From Octopus sinensis (taxonomy: Eukaryota), in the NCBI RefSeq assembly GCF_006345805.1, contig NC_043005.1:75888001-75952000 (forward strand): a stretch of DNA of 64,000 nucleotides, written 5' to 3'. The position numbers were made by a program, and so were the translations under genes. Below the pieces are notes generated by a model. That model saw only the letters and a program-made list of their open reading frames with translations. It had not been told where the DNA came from and did not search any database. Below are positions 1 to 12,409 of the stretch, one piece after another. How positions within the stretch are numbered: position 1 is the stretch's first letter; each line of letters opens with the position of its first letter.

Positions 1-184
1 GGTGCAGAACACACGCTTATATGTTTATATCACCTGTGGTGAGATATAAATTTATCTCCTCACAGATGATATAAACAAACAAGCATGCAGTCTGCACCAA
101 AAGCCTATGTGAGAGTTTCTTTCATGGTAAGTACCACAGTCAAATGGGAATAAATATTACCTCTTGGTAACTGCCTCTGTTGCT

Positions 185-320
185 AATATATATCATTGAT
201 TCTGAAAAGGCAAAAAGCAGATTTGATCTCAATGAGATTTGAACTCAGAACATAAAGAGCTGGAAGAAATGCCACCAAGCATTTTCCCTGATGTGCTAAT
301 GATTCTGCCAGCTTGACATC
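185..320 (-). mobile_element. SINE family B fragment
   Basis: Resembles the minus strand of the family seen at 20684-20920 (gaatttgaactcagaac...ctgccagct); boundaries approximate. Confidence 0.6.
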
Positions 321-467
321 TTTCGCCTTCTCTTATCTTTCGGAAACATTGAAATGCAAAGTAAACAGCTGTGGAATTTAAACTTTGAACTGCATTGAGA
401 TTCAATCCTGAAAGACATTTAGTCTGTTGCTCTAACATTTTTATAATTTTCCACCATATGAAAAGAT

Positions 468-828
468 CCTTCCTTCCTTCCTTCCTTCCTTCTTTCCTTC
501 CTTCCTTCCTTCCTTCCTTCCTTCCTTCTTTCCTTCCTTCCTTCCTTCTTCCTTCCTTCCTTCCTTCCTTCCTTCCTTCCTTCCTTCCTTCCTTCCTTCC
601 TCCTTCCTTCCTTCCTTCCTTCCTTCCTTCCTTCCTTCCTTCCATCCTTCCATCCTTCCTTCCTCCTTCCTCCTTCCTTCCTTCCTTCCTTCCTTCCTTC
701 CTTCCTTCCTTCCTTCCTTCCTTCCTTCTTCCTTCTTTCCTTCCTTCCTTCCTTCCATCCTTCCTTCCTTCCTTCCTTCCTTCCTTCCTTCCTTCCTTCC
801 TTCCTTCCTCCTTCCTTCCATCCATCCA
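468..828. repeat. (CCTT)n/(AAGG)n microsatellite
   Basis: About 360 bp near-perfect CCTT tetranucleotide array; explains the GRKE/PSFL ORFs. Confidence 0.98.
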
Positions 829-987
829 TTGTTACTTCTCACTATTCCTGAAAGGGTCATGCTGGGTAGAATCCTCAGGCACCTTATCCATCGGGTCTTA
901 TCATAAATAACCTTATTACACATACTGCTTGATTCTGATGGAGTGCCAGTTATATAGACCACTGACAGGCATGTTCCTGCAGCTTTT

Positions 988-1410
988 GTTATCATCATCG
1001 TTTAACGTCCACTTTCCATGCTAGCATGGGTTGGACGATTTGACTGAGGACTGGTGACCTAGATGGCTACACCAGGCTCCAAACTGATCTAGCAGAGTTT
1101 CTACAGCTGGATACTCTTCCTAACTCTAACCACTCCAAGAGTGTAGTAGGGAGTTTTACATGCCATCGGTACGAGGGCCAGTCAGGCAGTATTGCCAACG
1201 GCCATGCTCAAATGGTGTTTTTTACATGCCACCTGCACAGGAGCCAGTCCAGCAGCACTGGCAATGACCTTGCTTGAATGTTTTTTCATGTGCCAGTAAG
1301 GCGATGCTGGTAACAATCATGCTCGAATGGTGCTTTTTACATGCCACCGGCATGGAAGCCAGTTAGCTGCTCTGGCAATGATCACACTCCACTAGCATGG
1401 ATGCCAGTCA
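988..1410 (-). mobile_element. RTE-tail-related non-autonomous repeat (family D)
   Basis: Reverse complement of the ggaagggcatccagctgtagaaactctgcc...ccaacccatgctagcatggaaa..gacgttaaac(gat)n consensus shared by many copies in the window. Confidence 0.8.
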
Positions 1411-1480
1411 TCGAATTTAATTTTGATTTCATTGAAATTGATTTTGGAGATAAAATCTGGGCTAAAATACACAATGTATA

Positions 1481-1524
<44 letters not shown>

Positions 1525-1859
1525 GAAGAAAATCATCCTAACAGAGGCAATCAAAAGCATCAGAAACATTCCAGTTTGATCGGGCCTTGTCAACAATGTG
1601 CACTTTCAGCTATATGCATAGAAGAAATTTGTCTCCCTCTGATATAGGAAATAGTGGATAACACTTTTACTGATATTAGAAGTAACTGCTGGGCTGAATA
1701 AAAATACAGGGTACCCAATTAAAGCAACATTAAATTAAAATAGCCTTTTACGTATCATACTTAATGTATATAAACCATTGAAAGGCAAGATATTGCAATT
1801 TTTGTCTGAGATAAAATCTCGTATAAGCATGGTAGGTTAAAAAACACAATATACATATA

Positions 1860-2180
1860 GGATAAAGACCCCTTTCAGTCACAAATGGCCATGGGATTGC
1901 AGCTAGAATGTTCCCTCTGAGGCACAAGTATGGGCAAGGCTGTGTTTGGAAGACCAGCAGTCACCCATGTATACCATCCTCTTCTCTCTATGCCACCAAT
2001 GTTATGCAAGGGAAAGGCAAAGGCCAATAGAGCTTGGTACCAGTGACATTGCAACTCATTTCTACAGCTGCAGCAACTTCAAATAAAGTGTCTTGCTCAA
2101 GAACACAACACACAGCCTGGTCCAGAAATCGAACTCCCTACCTCGTGATTGTAAGCCTTATGCGCTAACCATTGAGCCAT
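1860..2180 (-). mobile_element. tRNA-derived SINE family C
   Basis: Minus-strand head TGGCTCAATGGTTAG (box A) and GTTCGATTTC (box B-like), followed by gtgttgtgttcttgagcaagacac; homologous to 50690-50930 and 51640-51960. Confidence 0.75.
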
Positions 2181-2609
2181 GGATCTTCTCATATATAAAC
2201 ATACATATATATATAAAGATATGTGTGTGTGTGTGCGTGTGTGTATGTGTGTGCACATGTTCTCATTAGTTGCTGTCTGTGTGATCTTTTGTCTTCCTCT
2301 GATATATATATATAATAATACTCTATTTTTTCGTTGTTTAAGAAAAATGTCCAGTTCCTTGGTTTTGTGTTTATGTTTTCGTTTCTCATTGTGTTCAACT
2401 TTTGTTTGGTGTCCTGTACCCATATATGCATGTATATATACATGTAGATGTAGGTACGTACATATATGTATGTATATATGCATATGTTTTATTTATTAAT
2501 TTGTTATTATACGACAGAATGCACGCATCCTTTTCTAAGTAAGTTTGTTCTTAATATATATATATATGTATATACATATATATATACATATATATACATA
2601 TATATATAT

Positions 2610-2674
<65 letters not shown>

Positions 2675-2782
2675 ACATATATACATATATATATATATGA
2701 TGTTTTTTATGCAATTGTCTATAAAAGATTTTATCTTGGATGAAAACCACAATATCTTATTTATCAACAGTGTGTGTGTGTA

Positions 2783-2819
<37 letters not shown>

Positions 2820-2866
2820 CAAGCATGATATATACAGATGTCTTACCTTTTAAATGTGTTTTTCAG

Positions 2867-3018
2867 GCAAATAAAAGACTTTCAATTAATAGTGTATGAA
2901 ATAAGCCAAAAGATTCATGTTAATCCATGGGAAGAAAAAACTCAGGATATCAGTTGCAGTAAAAACAAGATGAGCGAAACAACGAACAATATGAATTGTA
3001 TTAACAACAATCCACAAG
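2867..3018 (+). CDS. Candidate internal coding exon of host gene (QIKDFQLIVYEISQKIHVNPWEEKTQDISCSKNKMSETTNNMNCINNNPQ)
   Basis: tgtgtttttcag acceptor, AAG|gtaggc donor, 152 nt of unique sequence, only one open frame (phase 2 to phase 1). No recognisable homology. Confidence 0.5.
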
Positions 3019-3338
3019 GTAGGCCATGATTTTATTCTATTTTATAAGACCCCTTATAAAATCCCTTATTAAAAACATATCAGAGGGAAACAAAATATCA
3101 TCCAAGCAACAGTTAATGAAAAAACCAAGTGCATTTCAGCAGCTGCTACCAGGACAATTTTCTTCTCTCTCTCTTATATATATTGTGCTTTTTTAACAAA
3201 GCATGCTTATAAGAGAAATTACGGGCCTTATGCCAAAATTTGAAGCCACTGTTACAGTGGTTCTTAACTAGCTTCATCAATGCATTCACTGAACCCTTTG
3301 TAATTGGAAAAATAAAATATGATTTCTTCAGAACATAG

Positions 3339-3577
3339 CTATTCTCTTTTACTCTTTTACTCATTTCAGTCATTTGACTGCAGTCATGCTGGAGCACCGC
3401 CTTTTAGTCAAGCAAATCAACCCCAGAACTTATTCTTTGGAAGACTAGTACTTATTCTATTGGTCTCTTTTGCCACACCGCTAAGTTACAGGGACATAAA
3501 CATACCACCATCGGTTGTCAAGTGATGTTGGGGGGACAAACACAGACACACAAACATATACACACACATGCATCTAC

Positions 3578-3615
<38 letters not shown>

Positions 3616-3777
3616 GACAGGCTTCTTTCAGTTTCTGTCTAACAAATCCACTCACAAGGCTTTGGTCAGCCTGAGGCTATAGTAGAAGACACTTGCCCAA
3701 GGTGCCACACAGTGGGAATGAACCCAGAACCATGTGGTTGGTAAGCAAGTTACTTTCCACATAGCCACTCCTGTATA
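3339..3777 (-). mobile_element. tRNA-derived SINE family A
   Basis: Reverse complement of the full-length copy at 62765-63157, with an internal TA/CA microsatellite. Confidence 0.85.
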
Positions 3778-3993
3778 TATTTTATTAGGGCACAAAATGA
3801 ACCATGATCAGTTGCACACATAATCACTGTATTCAAAGAGCAAAACCAACAAAGCATGAATTTCATACAAAAACGTAACTCAATGAATATTTACTGCAAA
3901 TAAATACGACTTTTGTTGTTGCCTTTCAGATTCAAGTTCATAAATATGCCACGCTCATATCATTTTTGCAACAAAGTCTGTTCCTTTTCTTAG

Positions 3994-4052
3994 TTTTCAT
4001 GTCTACCATTCTCAAAGAGGATTACTTGCAACGATATGGTGTAACAAATGGT
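3994..4052 (+). CDS. Possible small exon (VFMSTILKEDYLQRYGVTNG)
   Basis: ccttttcttag acceptor and GT|gtgagt donor; phase 1 to 0, which would link exon 2867-3018 to exon 11091. A competing acceptor at 3929 and a minus-strand ORF overlap it. Confidence 0.25.
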
Positions 4053-4349
4053 GTGAGTATCACAAGGGCTTTCTAAGCAAAGAGAGGGTGTGGTACGATT
4101 TGGCGATCCCCAAAATGATGAGAGCATTGTTGTTCTGAAGAACTGCCATTGAAGCTGGCTCTGCTGAAGTTTAATGATTTTGTTGAGGTATTCATCGTTG
4201 ACATCTGCTGTTGCAACACTAAACATGAATGGCTGTCCCATCCATACTGGGTATGACTCTCTGGTGGGGAAGTATCCATCAAGAGACTTTGGGCTCATCT
4301 AAGTGCATGGCAATTGTTTGCAAACCAAATGAGACCATAACCTCATGGC

Positions 4350-4995
4350 CTATGACAGGGGCGTAACCAGCCCACTTATGCGTACCTTTTCCTTCTTTGG
4401 ACACTAAACTCTGCTTGTGAAGACCTGTTAAGGCAAGTGAAATCGAAATCAAATTCAATGAGTGGCATTCGTGCTAGCAGCGCGCAAAGAGCACCGTATG
4501 AGCGTGATCGTTGACAGAGCAGCTAACGGGCTTCTGTGACAGTGGCACATAAAAGGCATCATTCAAGTGTGATTGTTACCAGTGTTACCTTACTGGCACT
4601 TGTGCCCCGTACTAGTAGGGTGCTAAGAGCACCATCCGAGCATGATTGTTGCCAGAGCGGATAACTGGCTTCTGTGCCAGTGGCACGTAAGAGGCACCAT
4701 TCGAGTGTGATCCTTACCAGCGTCACCCTACTGGCACTTGTGCCAGTGGCACATGTAAAAACATTTGAACGAGGCTGTTGCCAGTACTGCCTGACTGGCC
4801 TCTGTGCTGGTAGCATGTAAAAGCACCCACTACTCTCTCGGAGTGGTTGGCATTAGAAGGGCATCCAACTGTAGAAACTCTGCCAGATCAAGATTGGAGC
4901 CTGGTGCAGCCATCTGGTTTGCCAGTCCTCAGTCAAGTCGTCCAACCCATGCTAGCATGGAAAGCAGACGTTAAACAATGATGATGATGATGATA
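4350..4995 (+). mobile_element. RTE-tail-related repeat family D, long form
   Basis: gtaaccagcccacttatgcgtacc...aaggcaagtgaaatcgaaatc body, family D 3' end and (GAT)n tail; homologous to 18815-19350. Confidence 0.8.
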
Positions 4996-5563
4996 TATAC
5001 CATATTCATCATCATTATCATTTAACGTCCATTGGGCATGCTGGCATGCTGGAAGGCTGTGCCAGGATCCAGTCTGGTTCATCTTACATATATTATTAAC
5101 ATGCTTATCTTTTGATTTTCTTGTGGCAAAGCTAGCCATTTTCTTTTCTTCTATTTCACTATTGTCCACTATTGTCCTTTGCTGCTATTTCTATTCCTTG
5201 TGGTGAAGCTAGCCACTCTTTGACCACTCCTCGTCTATAAGACTATAAAACACATGGTTTTTGTCTGAAACCTTCTTTCCTGCTATTTGACATCATCATA
5301 TCACAATGCAAAATGTCCAGCCACTAAGCTAAGAAATTCTCTTGCTTTTTAATTGTTCATCATTTCTCTTCATTTATTTAACTTGTATTGCTAACATGTT
5401 AAACGATCCTTAAATTAAATTTGTAATCTTAATGCAAATCTAGCCTGTACTTCAATTTCTTTTTCCCGATGCGCCTACTCATTCCCACCCTCATGAGTAA
5501 TACCAGAAATTCCTTCTCTCGTACCAGAAGTTCCTTCTCTCAGACCAGAAATCCCCTCTCTTG

Positions 5564-5599
<36 letters not shown>

Positions 5600-5740
5600 A
5601 ATTGTTAGTGGAGGGGTATAATATCCAGTCATATAGTGAATTTTTCTTAGTAAAATGCCAAGGCTGGTTTCTTCAGATGGTGGGTTTTTACCTTATTCAA
5701 ACTAATAGAATTCCTCTTTGCACAATGTCACACTTATATA

Positions 5741-5827
5741 CCCTGAAGAGATCATGCTAATAATGCATAAATCACTGCATATAAATATGCAACGATTTGC
5801 AGTTAATGCAATTGAAACACTTGTTGG
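5741..5827 (+). ncRNA. Degenerate hammerhead-like motif with long helix II
   Basis: CC-CTGAAGA (5743-5749), a nested hairpin (aaatc..tgcatataaatatgca..gattt), then GAAA-C-ACTT-GTT-GG. Helix I is only 2 bp and the base of helix II pairs poorly. Confidence 0.35.
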
Positions 5828-6404
5828 ACAATTATTATGAATAAACTAACTGGAAATAAACAAAGTTTGAATGTTCAAGCTCTTCATTTTCCTTATCAAT
5901 ATATACCTTGTGGTTGAAAAGCAAACTTCTTACTACACAGCCACACCTGCACCATGCATATATTTTCAAAATGAAATGAGATAATTTGAAAATATATGCA
6001 TGTATGTTTATATATATATATGTGTGTGTGTGTGTGTGAGTGACTATATTAGATAATACATCCTTCTATCTTTGAGACCATAAAGTGTAATTTAACTCTT
6101 GTTTAAGAGTAGAAAAAGGATGCCTAAATGTGTGCCAAATGAGCAAAAAACAAAACAATCTCTTTTGCTTAAGAATAATTTTATACTTATTTTCTCTTTA
6201 AATAAGTACAAAATCTATGAAAATGATATTTTCACTCTCTTGGAGAATAAAAATAAAGACAAAAGGCAAAAAAGCTCATTTGAGCATAAATTCATTTGAG
6301 ATTCTCACATACTTGTTATCAAAGGAATGCATAAATGGAGAAAAATTGGTGCCATTTTTCCATCTAGAGCTAGTTGAAGCATCACTTTCTTCTGTGCTAT
6401 CTCA

Positions 6405-6640
6405 ATCATCATCATCATCATCATCATCATCGTCATCTTAGTCATCACCATCACCAAAATCATTTTCATCCTCCTCATTGTCGTTATCATTGTCATGAAC
6501 ATCGTGATTCTCACCAACATCATCATCATCGTCATGATCATCATTATCATCATCAACATTGTAACTGTCATCGGCATTGTCATCCTACTCCTCCTCATGA
6601 TCATCATCATGATCTTCCTCCTCCTCCTCATCTGACAATG
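6405..6640. repeat. Degenerate (CAT)n/(GAT)n microsatellite
   Basis: Diverged trinucleotide array; the His- and Asp-rich ORFs are artefacts (stops in the Asp frame). Confidence 0.85.
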
Positions 6641-7480
6641 ATGGAAAGTCAGAAAAAAACATCACCATTGCAGTATAAATCATCTGTCTGCAACTTGGTT
6701 TCTTCCATCGATAAAAGACCACTTCTGCTTGGGTGCCTTCAACAAAATACATGCTAGAATGCCAACTGATGATGGCTATATCCATACGAAAAATTGAAAC
6801 ATCAATTCATGATGTCCACTACTTAAGAATTAAAGGAAATTTGGCTACTATTTCTAGCAACTTAAGTGACCACACAGAGGCTGTCACATTGTCTCATCCA
6901 TGGGGAGGTCATTATTCTTTTTGAAAGCAACAAGATTTAATGTATGACTAGAATATTTTGTCAATTTGCAGTTTATTTATCATTTTTTTATTTCCGAGAT
7001 CAGAGATACCGATATAGTAACGGTTAATAGGATTTATTGATCTCTTTCCAGTGAAATCTAGCATCTCCTCTATCACAATAATATTCTATTATCAGCGAAT
7101 ATTATCTCAATTTAGCGTCTATTCTCAAAAGTTAAGTGAACAGAGCTGATGTACACTAAAGTATCTTGCACAGAAACATAGCAAAATAATTGCAATAGAT
7201 CTGATCTCAGATTTAGGCATAGCTCTTAAGGGTAGGCATAACTATGTGCTTAAGAAGTTTGGTTCTTGACCATGTGGTTTTGGATTGCATGGAAACTTCC
7301 ACAGGCATCTTCTGCTGCAGCCTCAGGCTGACCAAATTCTTGTAGATAAAAACTGGGTAAAGTGCTTTGCAGTATTTGGTTGTGTCTTTTTACATTCTGA
7401 GTTCAATTCCAACCAAAATCAACTTTGCCTCTTCGTCTTCCAGACTCATTAAAATAAGAATCAATCAAATCCTGAGATCA

Positions 7481-8016
7481 ATATTCTTTTATTCTTTTAT
7501 TTGCTTCAGTCATTTGACTGTGGCCATGCTGGAGCACCACCTTTAGTCGAACAAACTAATCCCAGGGCTTATTCTTTGTAAGCTTAGTACTTATTCTATT
7601 GGTTTCTTTTGTTGAACCGCTAAGTTATGGGGACAGAAACACACCAGCATTGATTGTCAAGTGATGGTGGGGGGAAAAACACAAACACACAAACATACAC
7701 ACACACACATGGGCGAAACTGTTGACATTCTGGATTTCAACTGAATGCTCCATATTTGCCATTGATGTGCTTTTGTCCTTTTCCTGCATGTTGTGTTTTG
7801 ACAGTTTCTGTTAGTTGTGTTTTTACTGTTCTACCAGTGATTTATATATGTATATATGACAGGCTTCTTTCAGTTTTCATCTACCAAATCCACTTACAAG
7901 GCTTTGGTCGGCCCGAGGCTATAGTAGAAGACACTTACCCAAAGTGCCATGCAGTGGGACTGAACCTGGAACCATGTGATTAGTAAAGAAGCTACTTACC
8001 ACACAGCCACTCCTAT
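7481..8016 (-). mobile_element. SINE family A (interrupted)
   Basis: Same body and head as 3339-3777, with about 140 bp of other sequence near 7710-7850. Confidence 0.75.
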
Positions 8017-8531
8017 ATCTATATTGTGAATATAATCAATTATATTCACAAAATTAATGTCCTTGAAACTAAAGCATAAACGATTATATTCTGAGTTCAA
8101 ATCCTGCTGAGGTCAACTTTGCCTTTCATCCTTTTCGAGTCAATGAAATAAAAAAATCAGTCAATTACTGGGGTGTGGTGGGATGTAATGTAATTGACTT
8201 GTTCTTCCCCACTCAAAATTGCTGGCCTTGTGCCAAAAGTAGAAAGTATTATTATTAAAGACATGTCTGAAATAGCATGGCAATTATTCCCACAGTGATT
8301 TATGTTGACAGTTAATCAATCAATCAATCAATCAATCAATGATACATCTTCGGTTAACAGTTAAGTCACACATGGCTATGCTTAACATTTCTACATTTGA
8401 AGAATACTTGTTAGTTCTTACTTTAAATATATGCACATATTACAGAACTATATATCTGAGGTCTTTATTTTCCTTTATGTTTTTCATAAAGATTAGAATG
8501 TATAAAGTAAAGATTATTTGCCAACATAATA

Positions 8532-8795
8532 TGGCAGTCCCAGTTGGGGCGAATATTACTGTTATCTAAGCCCAGGAAACATCATCTCCAGCTGGCTGTA
8601 CGACATACTATCTGTGTGTCATATAGCCAGTTCCTTATATTTTTGAGCAGGGGAGTTTAGCATCCTCACACAGCACAAAGCAATATCTGTGGACCATGGT
8701 TTCTGAGTTATTTCACTTCCTTGGCATAGAACCAGCTGGAGACGATGTTTTCTGGGGCTAAATAACAATAACATTCATCCCAACTGGGACTGCCA
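8532..8795. mobile_element. MITE-like foldback element
   Basis: Imperfect inverted arms of about 64 bp: 8532-8595 (tggcagtcccagttgg...tctccagctgg) and 8732-8795 (ccagctggaga...ccaactgggactgcca). Confidence 0.7.
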
Positions 8796-9111
8796 CATTG
8801 TTATTGAATGTCTCTCATTGAGAGATTTTGGAATAATAATGGTTCTATTTATTAGAATGTATACTTAGAAAGAAAATCTATTGTGCATAGACACAACTTT
8901 ATATAAGACACTTGTGCTTGCCCCTCAGTCATATCTTTTACCCTCTCAATACCTGGCATAAAGTCACCCCCTATTTTCAAATAACCCCCCCCCCATTTAG
9001 TCAAGCTGATGGGGTTTCTGTTCTTTTGCTGTCTTGCAAATTACTTGGTGATATCACTATTGTCGTCGTCGTCATCGTTGTCGTCATCATCATCACCATC
9101 ATCGTCATCAT

Positions 9112-9143
<32 letters not shown>

Positions 9144-9667
9144 TCATCGCCATTGCTATTGCCATCGCCATCATCATCATCATCATCATCATCATTGTCA
9201 TCGTCATCGTCATCATCATCATCATCATAATTGATGCAGCCAGTTTCTGGGGCTGCAACTCTTGATGTTTTATTAGTCATCTGTTGCCACTGGTCTCTGT
9301 TTTCTGTATTGCGACCTGTCCAAGGGAGTTGTGGTGCGACACATGACCACACCAGACAAGTTTTTGTCTTTTTTACCTTCGCCAGAAGTGGTTCCTGCCT
9401 GTCTATATATTATTTGTTGACTTGCTGCCAGACAAAGGCTGTTTGTTTTGTGCTCTGTGTATGGGATGTGAAGTAGTCTCATGAAGCACTTGTTCTCAAA
9501 TGCACACTGTAAAATGGTTGGTATTAGAAAGGGCATCCAGCCATAGAAACCATGCCAAAGCCGACAATGGAGCTTGATGGAGTTCTACAGCTCATTGTAT
9601 CTTGTCAAACTGTCCAACCCATGCCAGCATGGAAAACGAACATTAAATGAGGAAGATGACGACGATG

Positions 9668-9689
<22 letters not shown>

Positions 9690-9737
<48 letters not shown>

Positions 9738-9921
9738 TTTTAGTGATCGTGGTGATGATGGTGGTATAATAGATGTCAGAGATTGATTCATTATTCTGTT
9801 GTTATATCATCTTGTTTCAGGATGAGGGTAGCTTAGTTGGCTAAGACAAGCGACTGACAGGAGTAACATTCATATCTGGTTACCAACATTTCATTGTCCA
9901 TAACCAAGAGATGCCTGTATA

Positions 9922-9952
<31 letters not shown>

Positions 9953-10207
9953 TGTGTGTGTGTGTGTGTGTGTCCTTGACTTGATATCATGTGATGGTTG
10001 TAAATGAGCATAACCATTATATAAGCAATGTTATTTGTTTCCATTCTTCTGAGAAAAACATATCTGGTTCAAGGGAATCATACCTTGCTTGGAAACAGGT
10101 GAGGATTGGTGACAAGAAGGGCATCCATCCATAGAAGTCTGCCTCAACAAATTCTATCTGACATAAGCAAGTATGGAAAATATGATGGTAATGATGATGA
10201 TGATGAA

Positions 10208-10293
<86 letters not shown>

Positions 10294-10479
10294 GGTAGTG
10301 GTTTTAGTGATCGTGGTGATGATGGTGGTATAATAGATGTCAGAGATTGATTCATTATTCTGTTGTTATATCATCTTGTTTCAGGATGAGGGTAGCTTAG
10401 TTGGCTAAGACAAGCGACTGACAGGAGTAACATTCATATCTGGTTACCAACATTTCATTGTCCATAACCAAGAGATGCC

Positions 10480-10518
<39 letters not shown>

Positions 10519-10750
10519 TTGACTTGATATCATGTGATGGTTGTAAATGAGCATAACCATTATATAAGCAATGTTATTTGTTTCCATTCTTCTGAGAAAA
10601 ACATATCTGGTTCAAGGGAATCATACCTTGCTTGGAAACAGGTGAGGATTGGTGACAAGAAGGGCATCCATCCATAGAAGTCTGCCTCAACAAATTCTAT
10701 CTGACATAAGCAAGTATGGAAAATATGATGGTAATGATGATGATGATGAA

Positions 10751-10795
<45 letters not shown>
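9690..10795 (+). repeat. Near-identical tandem duplication of about 550 bp
   Basis: gtagtggttttagtgatcg at 9731 and 10295; tatgatggtaatg at 10181 and 10724. The period changes from 564 to 543 because the internal (GT)n length differs. Units are bounded by (GAT)n tracts. Confidence 0.92.
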
Positions 10796-10939
10796 ATGTG
10801 GATAGCATATCTGTTTATTTAGCTGGTACAAAATTGTTGAAAACAAAACAAAACAAAACAAAAAAGACAAAAGACAGAGGCAGGTGAGGGAATAACAAAC
10901 AAGGTGTATTAGTTTGATGTTCAAGAGAAATGGAAGGGA

Positions 10940-10975
10940 CTTTGATGTTTTGAGCCTATGCTCTCCTGCAGAGAG
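10940..10975 (-). ncRNA. Decayed minimal hammerhead motif (family P2)
   Basis: Minus strand CTCT-CTGCAGG-A-GAGC-ATAG-GCTC-AAAA-CATC-AAAG; same scaffold as 26670 and 41382 with core mutations. Confidence 0.5.
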
Positions 10976-11090
10976 GAACAAGGAAAGAAAACAAATGAAG
11001 GAAGGAAAAAAGGGGTGAAATATGGTACTTTATCATATTTATAAATGCTTTCTGGTCCAGACAACATGCCTTCTTTCATCTACCTTTCAG

Positions 11091-11153
11091 GAAATTTTTA
11101 ACTTAGCTTTTGTAGGAAAGACACGTACAAAAGTTAGTCATCCTATAACCAAG
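11091..11153 (+). CDS. Candidate host-gene exon (EIFNLAFVGKTRTKVSHPITK)
   Basis: tctacctttcag acceptor, AAG|gtagat donor, 63 nt, open in phase 0-0, unique sequence. Confidence 0.5.
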
Positions 11154-11300
11154 GTAGATTTATCCTTCATGTTCTTATGATTATAGAATCTAAAGTTTTA
11201 AGCATTGACATAACTGAGTTTCTTTATAATTCATGAATGTATTGATTTATAAATGTCATTTTATATGACAAAATAACTTATTGAGTTTTATTTATTATAG

Positions 11301-11330
11301 TTTCAGGCTTGTCAAGTAGTAAACCTGCAG
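11301..11330 (+). CDS. Possible 30-nt exon (FQACQVVNLQ)
   Basis: tttatttattatag acceptor, CAG|gtttag donor, phase 0-0, 147-nt intron after the previous candidate exon. Confidence 0.3.
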
Positions 11331-11579
11331 GTTTAGAGGAGAGCAGCAACAGAAGGCTTCAAGTAAATATGATTCTTCAGTGTTTTAACTGCTATTGTTG
11401 TTGTTGTTGCTTAGCCCAAGGCTAGTCCTGGTCAAGCAGACTTTCTGATCAAAAACGTTCTATCCATGACTGTCTCAACAGAAACAAAAATTTAGAAATG
11501 TAGTTCTTTTTCTCTTATATATGGATAAACACACACACACACATATACACACGCACATACACACATACATGCACACACA

Positions 11580-11846
11580 TTCTTTTACTTGTTTCAGTCA
11601 TTTGACTGCAGCCATGCTGGAGCACCACCTTTATAGTCAAGCAAATCAACCCCAGAGCTTATTCTTTGTAAGCCTAGTACTTATTCTATCTGTCTCTTTT
11701 GCCGAACCACTAAGTTATGGGGACGTAAACACACCAGCATCAGTTGTCAAGCGATGCTGGGGGAACAAACAGACACACAAACATATACACACACACACAT
11801 ATTCATATTCATATACATATACATACATACATACATGCATACATAC

Positions 11847-11897
<51 letters not shown>

Positions 11898-12040
11898 CAT
11901 ATATATATATACATATATACACCAGATTCTTCCAGTTTCCCTCTACCAAATCCACTCACAAGGCTTCAGTCGGCCTGAGGCTATAGTAAAAGATACTTGC
12001 CCAAGGTGCCACGCAGTGGGACTGAACCCACAGCCACTCC
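11580..12040 (-). mobile_element. SINE family A
   Basis: Family A body and head on the minus strand with an internal TA array. Confidence 0.8.
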
Positions 12041-12409
12041 TTATGTATAAGAAAGATGGAACCATAAATTAAATTGAAAGTGTAATACATCCAAGGGGCT
12101 TCTATACAGTTTCCCCCAACTTAAATTTCCTCATGAAGCTTGGATCAACCCGAGATTGTGGTAAAAGATGCATGCATAAGATGCTGCAGAATGGGGTTTA
12201 ACCAAAGACTTTATGATTGTAAATTAAACTTTATAAGCATTTGGTTACTGTAGAAAACACTCAATTTTTCATGGGTTCAGTTTCCACTGTGTGACATGTT
12301 GAGTAAATGTCTTTTTTCTTGCCCTGGGCCAACCAAAGCCGGGTGAGTGGGTTTGGTAGATACTAACTGAAAGATGTCCATTGTGTATATTATGCACAAT
12401 GGACTTGTC

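Noticed and set aside
66-126. AG...GT-bounded segment with a strong gtaagt donor
   Set aside because: Stop codons in all three frames; at most a non-coding exon.
229-998. Long GRKE/PSFL repeat ORFs
   Set aside because: Translations of the (CCTT)n microsatellite; no splice or homology support.
1516-1646. 11-bp inverted repeat tatatcagagg/cctctgatata enclosing about 110 bp
   Set aside because: Short and partly within (TA)n; similar single ends at about 2295 and 3080 have no partner, so a MITE call is unsupported.
5501-5561. 3 x 21-bp repeat reading IPEIPSL-like heptads
   Set aside because: In-frame stop just upstream and no acceptor; simple minisatellite.
6305-6785. His-rich and acidic ORFs
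   Set aside because: Degenerate (CAT)n array with stops in the Asp frame; such arrays are common in this window.
11094-11138. FNLAFVGKTRTKVS as a P-loop
   Set aside because: Lacks the GxxxxGK[ST] consensus; the resemblance is too weak.
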